Assembly: GCA_951406725.2 (NCBI GenBank)
Contig: OX597839.1
Location: 7,936,001 to 8,000,000 of the forward strand
DNA length: 64,000 bases
Reading direction: 5' to 3'
Source of the DNA: Octopus vulgaris
Taxonomy: Eukaryota
Shown here one piece after another: positions 39,533 to 54,781 of this stretch (positions are counted from its first letter, which is position 1; each line of letters opens with the position of its first letter). Both the position numbers and the translations under genes were made by a program. The notes under the pieces were generated by a model. That model did not search any database. It had not been told where the DNA came from and saw only the letters and a program-made list of their open reading frames with translations.

Positions 39533-39604
39533 CATGTATATATATATATAGCTGTATATGTATGCATGTATATGTATAGCTGTATTTCTATAGATATACA
39601 TGTA

Positions 39605-39652
<48 letters not shown>

Positions 39653-40148
39653 GATGTACAGGTAATATGTACACATATATATATGCATACATATATACAC
39701 CCATGCACACATACACACACATACACCCCACACCCCCACACATACATAAGTGCAGGTGTGGCTGTGTGGCAACAAACTTGGTTTCAAAACACATGGTCCT
39801 CAGTTCAGTCCCACTGTGTGGTAACTTGGCATGTGTCTTCTGCAATAGCCTGAGACCAACCAAAGCCTTGTCAGTGGATTTGTTGACAGAAACTGAAAGA
39901 AATGAATTGTATGTATATGTATGTATATATGTATGTTTATGTGTGTGTCCTTGTGTTCTCTCTCATCACTGCTTCACAACTGGTGTTCGTTTATTTACAT
40001 CCCCATAAGGTACTGGTTTCACAAGAAGAAACTGATAGAATAAGTACCAGGCTTATCAAAATTTAAAAAAGCTCTACGCAGTGTCTCACATTTTTGTTTG
40101 CCCACTCAGTTGTATCTATCAATTTATCTTTGTGTGTGTATACATACA

Positions 40149-40227
<79 letters not shown>

Positions 40228-40291
40228 ATTTCGTAGACAGGAACTGAAACAAATCAATCGTATATATATGTATGTATATATGTAAGTGTAT

Positions 40292-40504
40292 AAACGTTAG
40301 CACGCCGGGCGAAATGCGTAGCCGTATTTCGTCAGTCGTTACGTTCCGAGTTCAAATTCCGCCGAGGTCGACTTTGTCTTTCATCCATTCGGGGTCGATA
40401 AATTAAGTACCAGTTACGCACTGGGGTCGATGTAGTCGACTTAATCCCTTTGTCTGTCCTTGTTTGTCCCCTCTGTGTTTAGCTCCTTGTGGGTAGTAAA
40501 GAAA
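40292..40504 (+). mobile_element. SINE family B, 5'-truncated, with 17-bp TSD
   Basis: TATATATGTAAGTGTAT at 40275-40291 and 40505-40521. Confidence 0.88.
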
Positions 40505-40524
40505 TATATATGTAAGTGTATGTG

Positions 40525-41925
40525 ATTTGGTATTGGTAACATGAATGACAATGGCCAGAGACTACTTGAATTTTGCACATACCATAACCTGTGCATCACC
40601 AACACATTCTTTCTCAACAAGACATCCCACAAGGCATCTTAGAGACATCCAAGATTTCACCACTGGCATCAGCTGGATCTCATCATTACACGAAGATCCT
40701 TTCTGAATTCTGTTCAACTGACACAGATCATTGACTAATAAGAAGGGTGAGGATTCTGCCTAAAAAAGTCCATCACTCCAAGAAAATGGGCCGACCACGC
40801 ATTAACACTGCCAGAACCTCAGACCCTACACTGCGACAATGTTTTGCTATTTCTATCAAGGTTGCTCTCAGTAGCTGCCCAACATACTCAGCTGAAAGTA
40901 GGTAGAATTATATCAGGGAAACTTTGTATACCACATCAATAGATACTTTCGACATGAGAGAAAGGTAAAACCCAGATTTTGTTCAATGCTGGGCTCTCAG
41001 AGCTGGAAACAGTTATCGAAGCAAAGCGTGCAGCTCTGATGCAATACAAGAGCGATTCTTCTACAAAGTCACTCGAAGAACTCAGAAAGGCAAGAAATAA
41101 AACCCAACTGACTGCCAGACGCTGTGCAAATGGGTATTGACAGGAAATCTGTCAGAGTATCCAGTCAGCTGCTGACAGTGGCGACTCTTGTGGTATTTAT
41201 GCCGGTTTGAAGAAGGCCCTCGGTCCATCCGCAACCAACTCAGCCCCTCTGAAATCAACTACTGGGGATCTCATCAAGGACCAAAGCAAGCAAATGGATA
41301 CATGGATGGAGTACTACCAGGATCTCTACTCACGAGAGACCACGGTAGCTGAGGCTGCAATCGGGGGTGTCAAAATCTTGCCAGTCATGTGTGAACTTGA
41401 CAGTCTGCCATCTATAGCAGAGCTCACCAAATCTATTGACGCCCTAGCAAGTAACAAGGCTCCGGGAAAAGACGTCATCCCCTTAGAGATCATCAAAACC
41501 GGCAAAAACACCATCCAACTTCGGCACATTCATGAACTTCTGTGTCAGTGCTGGGAAGAGGGTACAGTCCCTCAGAATATGCGGGATGCTAACATCACAC
41601 TTTACAAAAATAAAGGTGACCGTGATGATTGTAACAGTTACCGTGGAATATCTTTTCTAAGCACTGTTGGAAAGGCCTCTGCTCGCATTATCCTGTCCAG
41701 GCTGCAACTAATTGCTTCTCGAATTTATCCAGAATCGCAGTGTGCCTTTAGAAGAAGCAGATCAACTATTGACATGATATTCTCCATACGCTAACTTCAG
41801 GAGAAGTCCAGAGAGCAGAAAATGCCATTATATATGGCCTTCATTGATCTGACAAACGCCTTTGACTTGGTGAATAGAAAAGGCCTTTTCATCCTGCTCC
41901 AAAAAATCGGATGTCCATCAAAGCT
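40525..41925 (+). mobile_element. Degenerate RTE-clade LINE internal fragment (endonuclease end to RT start)
   Basis: GNMNDNGQRLLEFC, KAPGKD.IP.E, LYKNKGDRDDCNSYRGIS, PESQCAFR..RSTIDMIFS, AFIDLTNAFD; multiple stops. Confidence 0.9.
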
Positions 41926-42043
41926 AATAGAATAAGTACTAGGCTTATCAACATAAAAAGCACTAGGCTGTGTCTCATATTTTTATTTGCCCACTCAGTT
42001 GTATCTATCAATTTATCTTTGTATGTGTGCGTGTGTGTGTTTG

Positions 42044-42134
<91 letters not shown>

Positions 42135-42149
42135 ACAATACAGTACAGT

Positions 42150-42515
42150 ACTGTATGTTGATTTAGCCCACAAACAAACTGTAAAGCCAGAAATGTAGTC
42201 TATAGAATAAGATGTATAGAGGGACGTTGCAGTAACAAGACAACGACATACGTAGGGGAAACGACAAGAAGCATAGGAGAGCGGGTAAATGGGCATTGGA
42301 GACAACTCAAGGAAGGTAAAAGCTCATCGATTCTGTACCAACACGCCGAACAAGAACACGGGGGATCAATCAATAACAGAGAAATTAAAATATTATCCAC
42401 ACATAGATCAGATGCAACAATTAGACAAATTACAGAAATTACACACATAATAGAAAATAAACCTAGCCTGAATAGAAAACTAGAATGGAGCATTAACACA
42501 CACCACAACATATGA
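42150..42515 (+). mobile_element. Penelope-like element GIY-YIG endonuclease C-terminal fragment
   Basis: Manual translation (absent from ORF track): [67 protein letters not shown]. Confidence 0.88.
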
Positions 42516-42617
42516 CGATAGAGGATCCTGAAAACATAATAAATACACAGATAAATAAATAAATAAATAACTATATATATATGTATGTGTATGTGTGTAT
42601 GTATATATATATGTATG

Positions 42618-42698
<81 letters not shown>

Positions 42699-43048
42699 TT
42701 TTTTTTTTTCGATTCAATTTATTATTATTATTACTAGTATTGTTGTTATACATACATACATACAAGCATATGTAATGATAATAATGGGTGGATGTAAACA
42801 CATGAACAAAATAAGAATAAACAAAAACAACAAAAACAAAAAAACAAAATACAAAAATACAAAATACAAATTACATGAACATATATAAACAGAAGATACA
42901 AATATTACAGGCATCCCCCACATACACACACTAAATAAACATAAACGCACATAGAGATATAAGCATGCGCAAATGAAGACATACAAGAGAAATACAAAAT
43001 GGCTGACGGTTAGTAAGAAGAGACACAAATAAGTGAGAAGAAAACAAC

Positions 43049-43094
43049 GGACCACTGATGCGGTCACAGGAGTGTGACGAAAGAACTCTGGCCG
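43049..43094 (+). ncRNA. Minimal type I hammerhead-like motif (A9C in this copy)
   Basis: CCA-CUGAUGC-G-GUCACA(GGAG)UGUGAC-GAAA(GAAC)UC-UGG; downstream of and co-oriented with the GIY-YIG frame. Confidence 0.6.
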
Positions 43095-43231
43095 AAATAA
43101 GATTAAGATTAATGTAAAACATAAATAACACTGAAGCAAAGTAACACCAAATATATAGTGCGTGTGTTTTTATTGGCTAAACTGGCAAAATGACCATTCC
43201 GAAATATAACAATATATATATATAAATATAA

Positions 43232-43538
43232 CCCCAGTACTTATTCTATCGGACTCTTTTGCCGAACCGCTAAGTAAAGGGGACATAAACACACCAGCAT
43301 CGGTTGTCAAGCGATGTTGGGGGGACAAACACAGACACACAAACATACACACATACATATATATATATACATATATACGACGGGCTTCTTTCAGTTTCCC
43401 TCTACCAAATCCACTCACAAGGCATTGGTCGGCCCGGGGCTATAGCAGAAGACACTTGCCCAAGATGGCACGCAGTGGGACTGAACCTGGAACCATGTGG
43501 TTGGTTAGCAAGCTACTTACCACACAGCCACTCCAGCC
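43232..43538 (-). mobile_element. SINE family A (partial)
   Basis: Head and core of family A. Confidence 0.88.
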
Positions 43539-44654
43539 ATATATATATATATTCATTATATATATTTGTATATGTATATGTATATACTATGCGTATATGC
43601 ATATACTTACATACAGGCATACATACTATCATACGGGTAATTATATATGTGTGTTTATATGTGTATTTTTTGCACGCAGTAAATCATTTACGTTGTTATT
43701 TTAGATATAAAACATCATTATATTCTACGCACTCACGTTCATCCATGCATTCACAAGTCTGTATAAGTTACATATATATACACCTACATTCCTATATACA
43801 CACACACATATATATATAGACATGTATATATATTTGTGTGTATATATATATATATTTGTGTGTATATATATGTATATATATATATATGTTTATGGTGTAA
43901 TAAGCATGTGTTTGTATGTATAAACATATACATCTTGAGACATACATTCACGCTTGTAGACATACATACAAAACGATAATTTCCTGCCGACGTTGATTAA
44001 ATTAAACATTATGTTCCACTATTTCCAATCGCCACCACATACACCCACCCACCCAGCATCCATAAACCCGCTACCATCTGCCCCCACTAACTCCACATCT
44101 ACGACGACAGCTTCACAAACGTTTCCCCTCTTCGCCATCTCTTTACACTAAGCCCACCTCGAGCCTCCCCGCTCTCTCCTCGGTCCATTCTTTGCACCGA
44201 AAAGACACGCGTTCGTACGCCACCGCTTCTTCCACCACTGCTGTACCAGCGCACTCAAACACGATTGCTATGATTAATTTGAAGCAGCTGATTTCTGTAT
44301 AGCAGTATCCGATGTTTATGATATGCTGGGTGTCAAATGTGAACGTCGATGGCCACAATCGATGGCTCGTTGGGCAAACTGCATTGCGGGTATCCTTCTG
44401 GGGTTGCTTTCATGCGTGCGTTCAATTCCGTCTTTCATCCTGCTAGGCTTGATAAAGTACCAGTGAAATACTGAGGAGAATTCTTCTACGCCTTCTCTCG
44501 TTCTTCCTTGCTCTCCCTGTGTCACTTTGCCTTTCTCTCAGTGTGTCTAGAGCAATAGCTCTCAACCAGGGCCCATGTGGACTTTGGGGCTCCATGTAAG
44601 AATTTGTCATTAAAATTTATCTGTAATGAATTTGTTATACTTCTTACTCAACTC

Positions 44655-45027
44655 TTTACTCTTTTACTCTTTTACTTGTTTCAGGCATTTGACTGTGGCC
44701 ATGCTGGAGCACCACCTATAGTCGAGCAAATTGGCCCCAGGACTTATTCTTTGTAAACCTAGACTTATTCTATCGGTCTCTTTTGCCGAACAGCTAAGTT
44801 ACTGTTGGGGAGACAAACACAGACACACAAACATATAGACACACATACATATATACATACATATATGCGACGGGCTTCTTTCAGTTTCCGTCTACCAAAT
44901 CCACTCACAAGGCTTTGATCGGCCCGAGGCTATAGTAGAAGACACTTCCCCGGGTGCCACGCAGTGGGAGTGAACCCGGAACCATGTGGTTGGTAAGCAA
45001 GCTACTCACCACACAGCCACTCCTGCG
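44655..45027 (-). mobile_element. SINE family A
   Basis: Head, core and tail present; small internal deletion. Confidence 0.88.
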
Positions 45028-45111
<84 letters not shown>

Positions 45112-45301
45112 CATATATACATAGGGAAAGTTTACGAAAAAAAAACAAAAGACGAAGACAAGTGGTGTACAAAACAAAAAGATGTATTAGTATAGCGCTC
45201 ACGAATAGAAAAAGACTTTTACTTTTCGAGCCTACGCTCTTCTACAGAAAGGTACACAGAAAAAACAAGGAGAGAAACAAACAAATATATATATATATAC
45301 A

Positions 45302-45373
<72 letters not shown>

Positions 45374-45629
45374 TATATGTATATATACATATACATATGT
45401 ATGTAATTATGTATGTATGCATATATGCTGACATACATGTTTCGTAGTTCCACAGCATATGTAGTCGTTCAAAGCTACGTATTGTATCACGAGAGCATCT
45501 CAACCTCATATAGAATATATATGTACCTCTGTGTCTGTGTGTTATGTCACGACAATCGGTGCTAATCTGTTTGCGTCCCTGTAACTTACCGGTTCGGCAA
45601 AAGAGACCGAAAGAATAAGTACCAGGTTT

Positions 45630-45676
<47 letters not shown>

Positions 45677-46301
45677 TGAGGTCGATAGGTTCGACTACAA
45701 AGTTCTCCAAGTCGGTGCTCCAGCAGGGTCGTAGTCTAGTGACTGAAATAAGTAAGTAATGGATAAGCAATGAAAGATAGAACAACACGACGTTCCAGTG
45801 TGTCATGTGTCTTTCAACTTTTAAGAGAGCACTGTATAAGACGGGGCATATTTAGCTGTTATTTCTAGCAACCCTTGTAACCACCTCGAGGATCCATCTT
45901 TGGCTCACCTAGTTTGGTGAAGTGTTTCGTGACATTTGTTCTATGTGCTGTTGGTTTGCTCCTGTGTATTGCGGTGTTATGTGCCACTGCCAATTGGATT
46001 GATATAAGAGTGACTTGTCGAGAACCTTTTTGATGTTTAATGGCCCATGACAGGGAATATGGCAATATTAAGGTATCGCTTCATAAATATCGAGCCAATC
46101 GCTCCGAAAACTTATTAATAATATGAAAAAGATAACACACAGACACACATACAGACACACACACACTTACACATACGCACACGCATACATACATTGCAGA
46201 GACACACAAATTCATTCGCAAACGTACATATTCATACAAACTCATTCATGCACGCACGTACAGACACGCAGTAACAAGCACATCACACTCACACACAGAC
46301 A

Positions 46302-46367
<66 letters not shown>

Positions 46368-46595
46368 AACACACACACACACAAACACACGTGCGCGTGT
46401 TTCTGTGTGCATATATATATGTATTTGTGCATATATATATTCAAAGGTTATATTTGTATAATGATATATAAACACCGATCCGTATGAACAGAAATATACG
46501 GATATATAGTATGCTCATATATATTATACATCCAAGTAAATAAATAGATATATTCACATAAGCCTGCGTGTACATACATGCATCAATATGTATGC

Positions 46596-46731
<136 letters not shown>

Positions 46732-46798
46732 TTATAAATACATATATTCACAAATACGTGAGCGCACACACAGATACTTATACATGTATATATATATG

Positions 46799-46831
<33 letters not shown>

Positions 46832-46860
46832 ATGTGTGTGTGTAGATAGATATATATATG

Positions 46861-46896
<36 letters not shown>

Positions 46897-47214
46897 TGTA
46901 TGTATATATATATGTATATATATACATATATATTCATACAGGATGTGCAAAGTCAGGAAATCTAGTTGCATCCGTCACACTGGTCCACAATGTCATTTCG
47001 CCTTATACTCACGATGTTTGCGCATTTTCATTGAGTAGCATGCGATGCGGAACCGGAACAAGTATATTCTATATGAGGTTGAGATGCTCTCGTGATACAA
47101 TACGTAGCTTTGAACGACTACATATGCTGTGGAACTACGAAACATGTATGTCAGCATATATGCATACATACATAAGTACACACATATTAAATCAGGTGTA
47201 CATGCATATGTGTG

Positions 47215-47253
<39 letters not shown>

Positions 47254-47309
47254 AGTATATACATGTATATATGTATATATGTATATATATAATATATATA
47301 CACATATAT

Positions 47310-47738
47310 AGGCGCAGGAGTGGCTGTGTGGTAAGTAGCTTGCTAAGCAACCACATGGTTCCGGGTTCAGTCCCACTGCGTGGCATCTTGGGCAAGTGTC
47401 TTCTGCTATAGCCCCGGGCCGGCCAATGCCTTGTGAGTGGATTGGGTAGACGGAAACTGAAAGAAGCCTGTCGTATATATGTATACATATATATATGTAT
47501 GTGTGTGTTTGTGTGTCTATGTTTGTCCCCCTAGCATTGCTTGACAACCGATGCTGGTGTGTTTACATCCCCGTAACTTAGCGGTTCGGCAAAAGAGATC
47601 GATAGAATAAGTACTGGGCTTACAAAGAATAAGTCCTGGGCTTACAAAGAATAAGTCCTGGGGTCGATTTGCTCGACTAAAAGCGGTGCTCCAGCATGGC
47701 CGCAGTCAAATGACTGAAACAAGTAAAAGAGTAAAGAG
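47310..47738 (+). mobile_element. SINE family A with internal ~22-bp duplication
   Basis: CTGGGCTTACAAAGAATAAGTC repeated twice. Confidence 0.9.
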
Positions 47739-48121
47739 TATATATGTATATATATATATATGTGTGTGTGTGTGTATGTGTATGTATGTATGTATGCAGA
47801 GAGAGAGACAAATATAGATAGACAGACAGATATTTTTATAGATACATATGCAATACGCGCGTGCGCGCGAAGGGGGTGAGATGAAAATATTCCTTGATTT
47901 GAGTAAGAGAAAATTCAGGAGGATCAGTTAATAATGATTTTATTGAACATATTCCCCTTCTCAGATTCACACGCTCATTGCAGCGGCCCTTCTGTTTTCC
48001 GAAGCACTGAAAAAGAATTCGGAACCTTGAGCCATCAAGCAGGGATTTCGCGAATGCCACGAACTTTGCAGCATCCCCTCGTTTATATGTGCGTCACTAT
48101 CTATCTATCCATCTTCTATCT

Positions 48122-48216
<95 letters not shown>

Positions 48217-48217
48217 G

Positions 48218-48352
<135 letters not shown>

Positions 48353-48667
48353 TACATACATATATTGACCGGCTCGCTTAGCCAGCAGGGTGGCGTCATT
48401 TGAAGGCTAAAACAATGCGAAGCGCATTGTGACCAGCGATTTGTAGCAACATCTGATAGCCTGGTCGGTCACGGTGATCACGGTGATATATATATATAGA
48501 GAGAGACAGAGCTGGTGTAATTTAATTGTTCATTTTGAATTGATAAAAGGTGTTTCTTTCTAATTTTTTATACATATACTATATTGTGTGAATTTTGATT
48601 TAGTATTTCTAATTGAATTTTTTTTTCCTTGTAAGTTTGGATTTTATTCCCTCAAATAATAATAATA

Positions 48668-48773
<106 letters not shown>

Positions 48774-48912
48774 TTATATTAAATTAGAGATAAAACCACT
48801 ATTAGGCAAATCAAACAATGAAAAAACTTAAGCCAATACATAAAATTAATTAATTTATATTATTTTAAATATATATCAAAATTATTAAAAGTTTAATAAA
48901 AGATAATAATTA

Positions 48913-48987
48913 AAACTCTACGATCGTTTCATGGCAGTCCAATTCGTAATAATTCGAGTTATGGTAACAGTCAATCTTCAGGTGATT
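48913..48987 (-). ncRNA. Degenerate type I hammerhead motif
   Basis: CUGAAGA...GAAA-C(GAUC)G-UA with palindromic loop III; stems I and II mismatched. Confidence 0.45.
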
Positions 48988-49053
48988 GAAATATTTATCT
49001 TAGCGAGGTTTAGCAATGAACTATATATATATATATATATATATATAAATATA

Positions 49054-49287
49054 CAGTAATCCCTCGCATATCACGGTTCGCCTATCGTGGTTCACCTACC
49101 GCGGTTTATTATTTAAGCTCACGTCGATTCTTCAGTGTTGTTATCTTCAATTTATAATAAAATAATACATACAAATTATAAAAATTATAATACTAAATCT
49201 ACAGTACAGTGCTGTTTCTACTTCGCGGATTTTGCCCTATCGCGGGTGATTTGAAACGTAACACCCGCGAATATTGAGGGATTATTG
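49054..49287. mobile_element. pogo/Tigger-type MITE
   Basis: TIRs CAGTAATCCCTC and GAGGGATTATTG; TA flanks; internal TATCGCGG repeats. Confidence 0.8.
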
Positions 49288-50045
49288 TATACGGGTCTCA
49301 ATTTCTCTCTACAAAATTCACTCACAAGGATTTGATTGACCTAGGTCTATTGTAGAAAACATTTGCGCGAGGTCCCACGCAACGGGAATGAACCTGGGAC
49401 CATGGGTTTGGGAAGTAACCACACATCCACGCTTGCGCTAATGTTTCTATGTTTTTGTGTGATTCTGTACATCTGCAGCGGAAATGCCTGTGATTAAAAT
49501 GTCATCAAGGCTCTGGTAACCAGCCAGAACAGGCAGAATGGGAGTTGATCCGACATTGGTAACAGAGATTATAGTTAGATATCGGTAATTTGAAAGAACA
49601 GAGTCGAAATGTGATATGAACGATTGATAAAACAAAAGGGTCTGGATAGAAAGGGAAATAGGAAATAAGGGAGACGGAGAAGGAAAGAAAAAGGAGAGAA
49701 ACAAGACGGCAGAGAGGAAGACTGCGTTGTAGAAATATCGATATTATGGTTTGTATATATGGTTTGTATGTAGGTATATATGTGTGCGTATATGCATGGA
49801 TTCAGATATGCTTGTACGTGTGTATGTGGCGGTGTGTGCGCCTGCTTGTAAGTGCGTGTGTGTGTGTATGTTTGTATTTGTGTGTGTGTATTGAAACGCA
49901 TTGTGTGAGCTGAACATAGTAGAACAGAGGGACACCACATGTATGAGTATATACATATATATACATTCATGCATACATACACATCCATCTGTATATATGT
50001 ACATATATTTACATACATACACACACACACGCACGCGCGCGCGCA

Positions 50046-50085
<40 letters not shown>

Positions 50086-50128
50086 CACGTATATATATAT
50101 GAAATTAATGAAGGAAAATGCACACTCC

Positions 50129-50328
50129 TTACATAGTTATAATATATTTTTAATAGATTTTATATTGTATTTGTCGACCGGTTTCGGTTTAGCTAACTCC
50201 ACATACAACCTGGACAGAGAAATTTTCTTAAGAAGATACGTAATAATTCTGTCATGATTAGCGAAATCGAAACCGGTCGACAAAAACAATATAACATATA
50301 TATTTAAAAATACATTATAACTATGTAA
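50129..50328. repeat. Foldback (inverted repeat) element with GAAACCGGTC motif in both arms
   Basis: About 65-bp imperfect arms, TTACATAGTTATAAT..GTCGACCGGTTTCG and its reverse complement. Confidence 0.75.
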
Positions 50329-50334
50329 TGTACT

Positions 50335-50740
50335 CTTACTCTTACTCTTACTCTTATTTCTTTCAGTCATTTGACTGCGGCCATGCTGGAGCACCGCCTT
50401 TAGTCGAGCAAATCGACCCCGGGACTTATTCTTTGTAAGCCCAGTACTTATTCTATCAGTCTGTTTTGCCGAACCGCTAGGTGACGAGGACGTAAACACA
50501 CCATCATCATTTGTCAAGCAATGCTAGGGGGACAAACACAGACACACAAGCACACACATACATACATATATATATACGACAGGCTTCTTTCAGTTTCCAT
50601 CTACCAAATCCACTCACAAGGCATTGGTCGGCCCAGGGCTATAGCAGAAGACACTTGCCCAAGATGCCATGCAGTGGGACTGAACCCGGAACCATGTGGT
50701 TGGTTAGCAAGCTACTTACCACACAGCCACTCCCATGCCT
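50335..50740 (-). mobile_element. SINE family A
   Basis: Full-length copy. Confidence 0.9.
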
Positions 50741-50978
50741 ATGTGTATGCATTTTCCTTCTTTAATTTCTTATATATATTACAACTCATCACATGGGGAT
50801 AAGAGAAATTCTTCCTTTTCTGTACTTCTACCATATATATATATATATATGTTCATATACATATGCATATACATATACATATTAACATAGGAGCAGACGT
50901 GGCTGGGTTCTAAGAAACTTTATTCCGACCGTGGCGTGACATCTTACACAACTGTCTTCTATAATAGCCTCGGGCCGA

Positions 50979-51038
<60 letters not shown>

Positions 51039-51259
51039 TGTGTGTGTGTTTATATGTTCTTGTTTGTCCCCAAACATCGCTTGACAACCGATGATGGTGT
51101 GTTTACGTCCCCGTCACCTAGCGGTTCGGCAAAACAGACCGATAGAATATGTACTAGGCTTACAAAGAAGTCCTGGGGTCAATTTGCTCGACTAAAGGCG
51201 GTGTTCCAGCATGGCCACAGTCAAGTGACTGAAACAAGTAAAAGAGAGTAAAAGAGAGA

Positions 51260-51260
51260 G

Positions 51261-51304
<44 letters not shown>

Positions 51305-51905
51305 TGCATGCATGTATGTATGTATGTATGTATGTATGTATGTATGCATGCATGCATGCATGCATGTATGTATGCATGCATGCATGCATGCATGTATGTA
51401 TGTATGTATGTATGTATGTATGTATGTATGCATGCATGCATGCATGTATGTATGTATGTATGTATGTATGCATGCATGCATGCATGCATGCATGTATGTA
51501 TGTATGTATGTATGTATGTATGTTTGCATGCATGCATGCATGTATGTATGTATGTATGTATGTATGTATGTATGCATGCATGTATGTATGTATGTATGTA
51601 TGTATGTATTTATGTATGTATGTTTGCATGCATGCATGCATGTATGTATGTATGTATGTATGTATGTATGCATGCATGCATGTATGTATGTATGTATGTA
51701 TGTATGTATGCATGTATGTATGTATGTATGTATGCATGCATGTATGTATGCATGTATGTATGCATGCATGTATGTATTATGTATGTATGCATGCATGCAT
51801 GTATGTATGTATGTATGTATGCATGCATGCATGTATGTATGTATGTATGTATGTATCTATGTATGTATGTATGTATGTATGTATGTATGTATGTATGTAT
51901 GTATA
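51260..51905. repeat. (TATG)n/(CATG)n microsatellite
   Basis: Direct inspection. Confidence 0.95.
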
Positions 51906-52448
51906 GTTAATGCGTGTTTTATACAGTTGCCAATGCTCATTTTAAATGTTTAATACTTCACGATAGATATTGTAAGAGTTCGCTCCGGAATGAGCTTTTA
52001 TAAATTCTGTTGTTGTGTCTCTATCTGTGAGTCTGTCTGTGAATGTGAGTGCATTTGTATGTGTGTGTATGTGTGTGTGTTTGTGTGCATGTGCAGGTCT
52101 GAGTATGTGTGTGTTTGAATATGAGTCTGTGTGTTTGCGCTCGCGTATAATTGAAAGTGTGTGTGTCTATACGTGTCTAAGTATACGCGTGTGTAACGAA
52201 CAAACATGGGCAAAATAACTGTCGGGGGTAATAAGCAAAACCATTTAGTTTGCTTGATGTCAAAAGCTCATTAAAAAGTAATTGGGTCCTTGCAGCGGTT
52301 CCTTCTTTTTTGTGTTTGCGGACAAACAAGTTGGCAGACAGACCAACACCACATGGAGGGCAGCGAACATACCAGTACAGTTACATGCACACATATAAAT
52401 ATATGCTCGAGCATAGACACACAAAGACATATAAACACACATCTACAT

Positions 52449-52483
<35 letters not shown>

Positions 52484-52730
52484 TGTGTCACGATACTAAC
52501 CAATGTGTAGATTCTCTAGGCTGCAAGTGCACACAGATGCAAGAACACATGGTTAAACATGCACTCAGAAAGTCAGAGAGGCAGAGGTCAGATATAAGCC
52601 CCAGATATGGAGTTAAACGTTAAAGAGATTCCTCATTAACAGACGAAATATTTGGTAAGACATTAATTATGTTAGATGACGGATCTAATTGAGAGTGTAA
52701 TCAGTAATGGTTATAGACTTGGTATATATG

Positions 52731-52775
<45 letters not shown>

Positions 52776-52936
52776 CTTGAATCAATATGCTTATGTATAT
52801 ATATATACCTCTCTCTCTCTCTCTTTCTCTGTCTGTCTATGTATGTATATATATATATGTGTGTGTATATGTATGTATGTATATACACATATCTATCTAT
52901 GTATCTATGTATCTATTTATCTATATATCTATATCT

Positions 52937-53015
<79 letters not shown>

Positions 53016-53298
53016 GGATATATGTGCGTGTTTTGTGTATTTATATATATATTTGCTCAAAAACACATACACATATGTAAATAGATACTGACAGATTAAT
53101 ACATATCATTGTATACATACCTGTACGCATACTTACACAGATGTACATGGATATATGTATGTACATATGTGTGTGTGTGTGTGTGTGTGTATTAGTAAGA
53201 ATTTACACATTTAATATACACACTTAATATATACAAGTTGTGTGTATAGGTGCACACTAATACTAACATACATGATATATATATATATATATGATATA

Positions 53299-53359
<61 letters not shown>

Positions 53360-53624
53360 TACACTCACACATCTGTCTACCTATCTATCTATCCATCTAT
53401 CATTCTATCAATCTATCTCTATCTATCTATCCTTACGTGTGTCTTTCTGTCTGTCTGTCTAGCTATACAGCTATCTATCTATCTATCTATCTACCTCTCT
53501 TCTTCTTCTTTTTCTTCCACTACTACTTCTTTTTCTTCCTTTTCTTCTTATTCTTCTTTTTCTCCTTCTTTGTCTTCTTCTTCTCCTCCTCCTCCTCCTC
53601 ATCCTCCACCACTACCACCACGAA

Positions 53625-54200
53625 TGAAGCTCACTAGTCCTGAGTTCCTATTCAGTTGTAGCCAGTTTCCTTTTTTAGCTTAGAGATTGTAAAACTCTAC
53701 GGTAACTCATCAATATTAACCCTCGCAATATCTTTCCTGAAATCTCTATCCGAAACGTTGTGTTTCCCACTCCTCGCATGCAGTTCACCGTGCCTTTTTT
53801 TCCCTTCCACGTGAAGCTGTTTGAGTGACCATGGGCATGTCTAAGAGGGATGTTATAAGCAGCAATGACTTCCCCGAGGAAGGCCACTTAAAGTTTGAGG
53901 TTCCTCAGAAAGGGCACCATTGGCTGCAACTGTCTTACTTCTGTCTTTAAGGAAGTCATACAGCCATTCTCTCAGCCACAAGCTGCAATGCCAAGGACTA
54001 GCAGCTTGTGACACATCATGCCATGATCTACCTTATCAAAGGCCCTTGCAAAATAAAGGTAAATCACACTGACTAAATGGTCAAGTAGCTGTTTCAAAAC
54101 CCAGCCATAGTGCTGTAAGGGCTGTGAGTCAGCTTCTTCTCGGACAAAAGCTATGCCGTGAATTGGGGTCAGTAAAGTTGTTTTCTTCTAGGAGTGGCTC
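53625..54200 (-). mobile_element. Old degenerate CR1-group RT fragment
   Basis: VLKQLL..VIYLYFARAFDKVDHGMMCHKL..WLYDFLKDRS; homologous to the 38208-39499 element. Confidence 0.8.
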
Positions 54201-54339
54201 TATTATGATTTGTGCAGCCAAGTCATTACATTTTATTGGGCCTTTTATTTGATTTATATAGTTAGGAAGAATACTCAAAACAAACATTGCTGATCATATC
54301 TACCCTATGGCATAAATGTTACTACCCAGTAATAACGCG

Positions 54340-54707
54340 ACCAGCCAGGGCAATAAAGCACTGATACACATGGTTAATATTATTTAAAACTAATACGAAT
54401 GGTAGAGAAGTGAAGTTGAACACTTAGATTGGTCCCATTCAACAGTTCTCACTGAATATAATCGAACATATACGGCGTACTTTGGAGCGGCAGGCGAGGG
54501 GCCACTGCTCTCCATCAACGTGACTGGAAAAGCTCAAGCAGTTTCTTTTGGAAATGTGGCTCAGAATTCTCTTAACAACAATTCAGAACTTGTACGAGTC
54601 AATTCCACAAAGTATTAAAGCTGTGATTGATGCCAAAGTGAACCAACATCGTACTAAATCATAAAAATTCCATTTAACAAGGTGTTTCCATTATTTCTTT
54701 TAATCTC

Positions 54708-54713
<6 letters not shown>
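54340..54713 (+). mobile_element. Degenerate Tc1 (DD34E) transposase C-terminal fragment and right end
   Basis: LNIIEHI..LE, IQNLYESIP..IKAVIDAK; terminal CTGTA. Confidence 0.7.
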
Positions 54714-54781
<68 letters not shown>

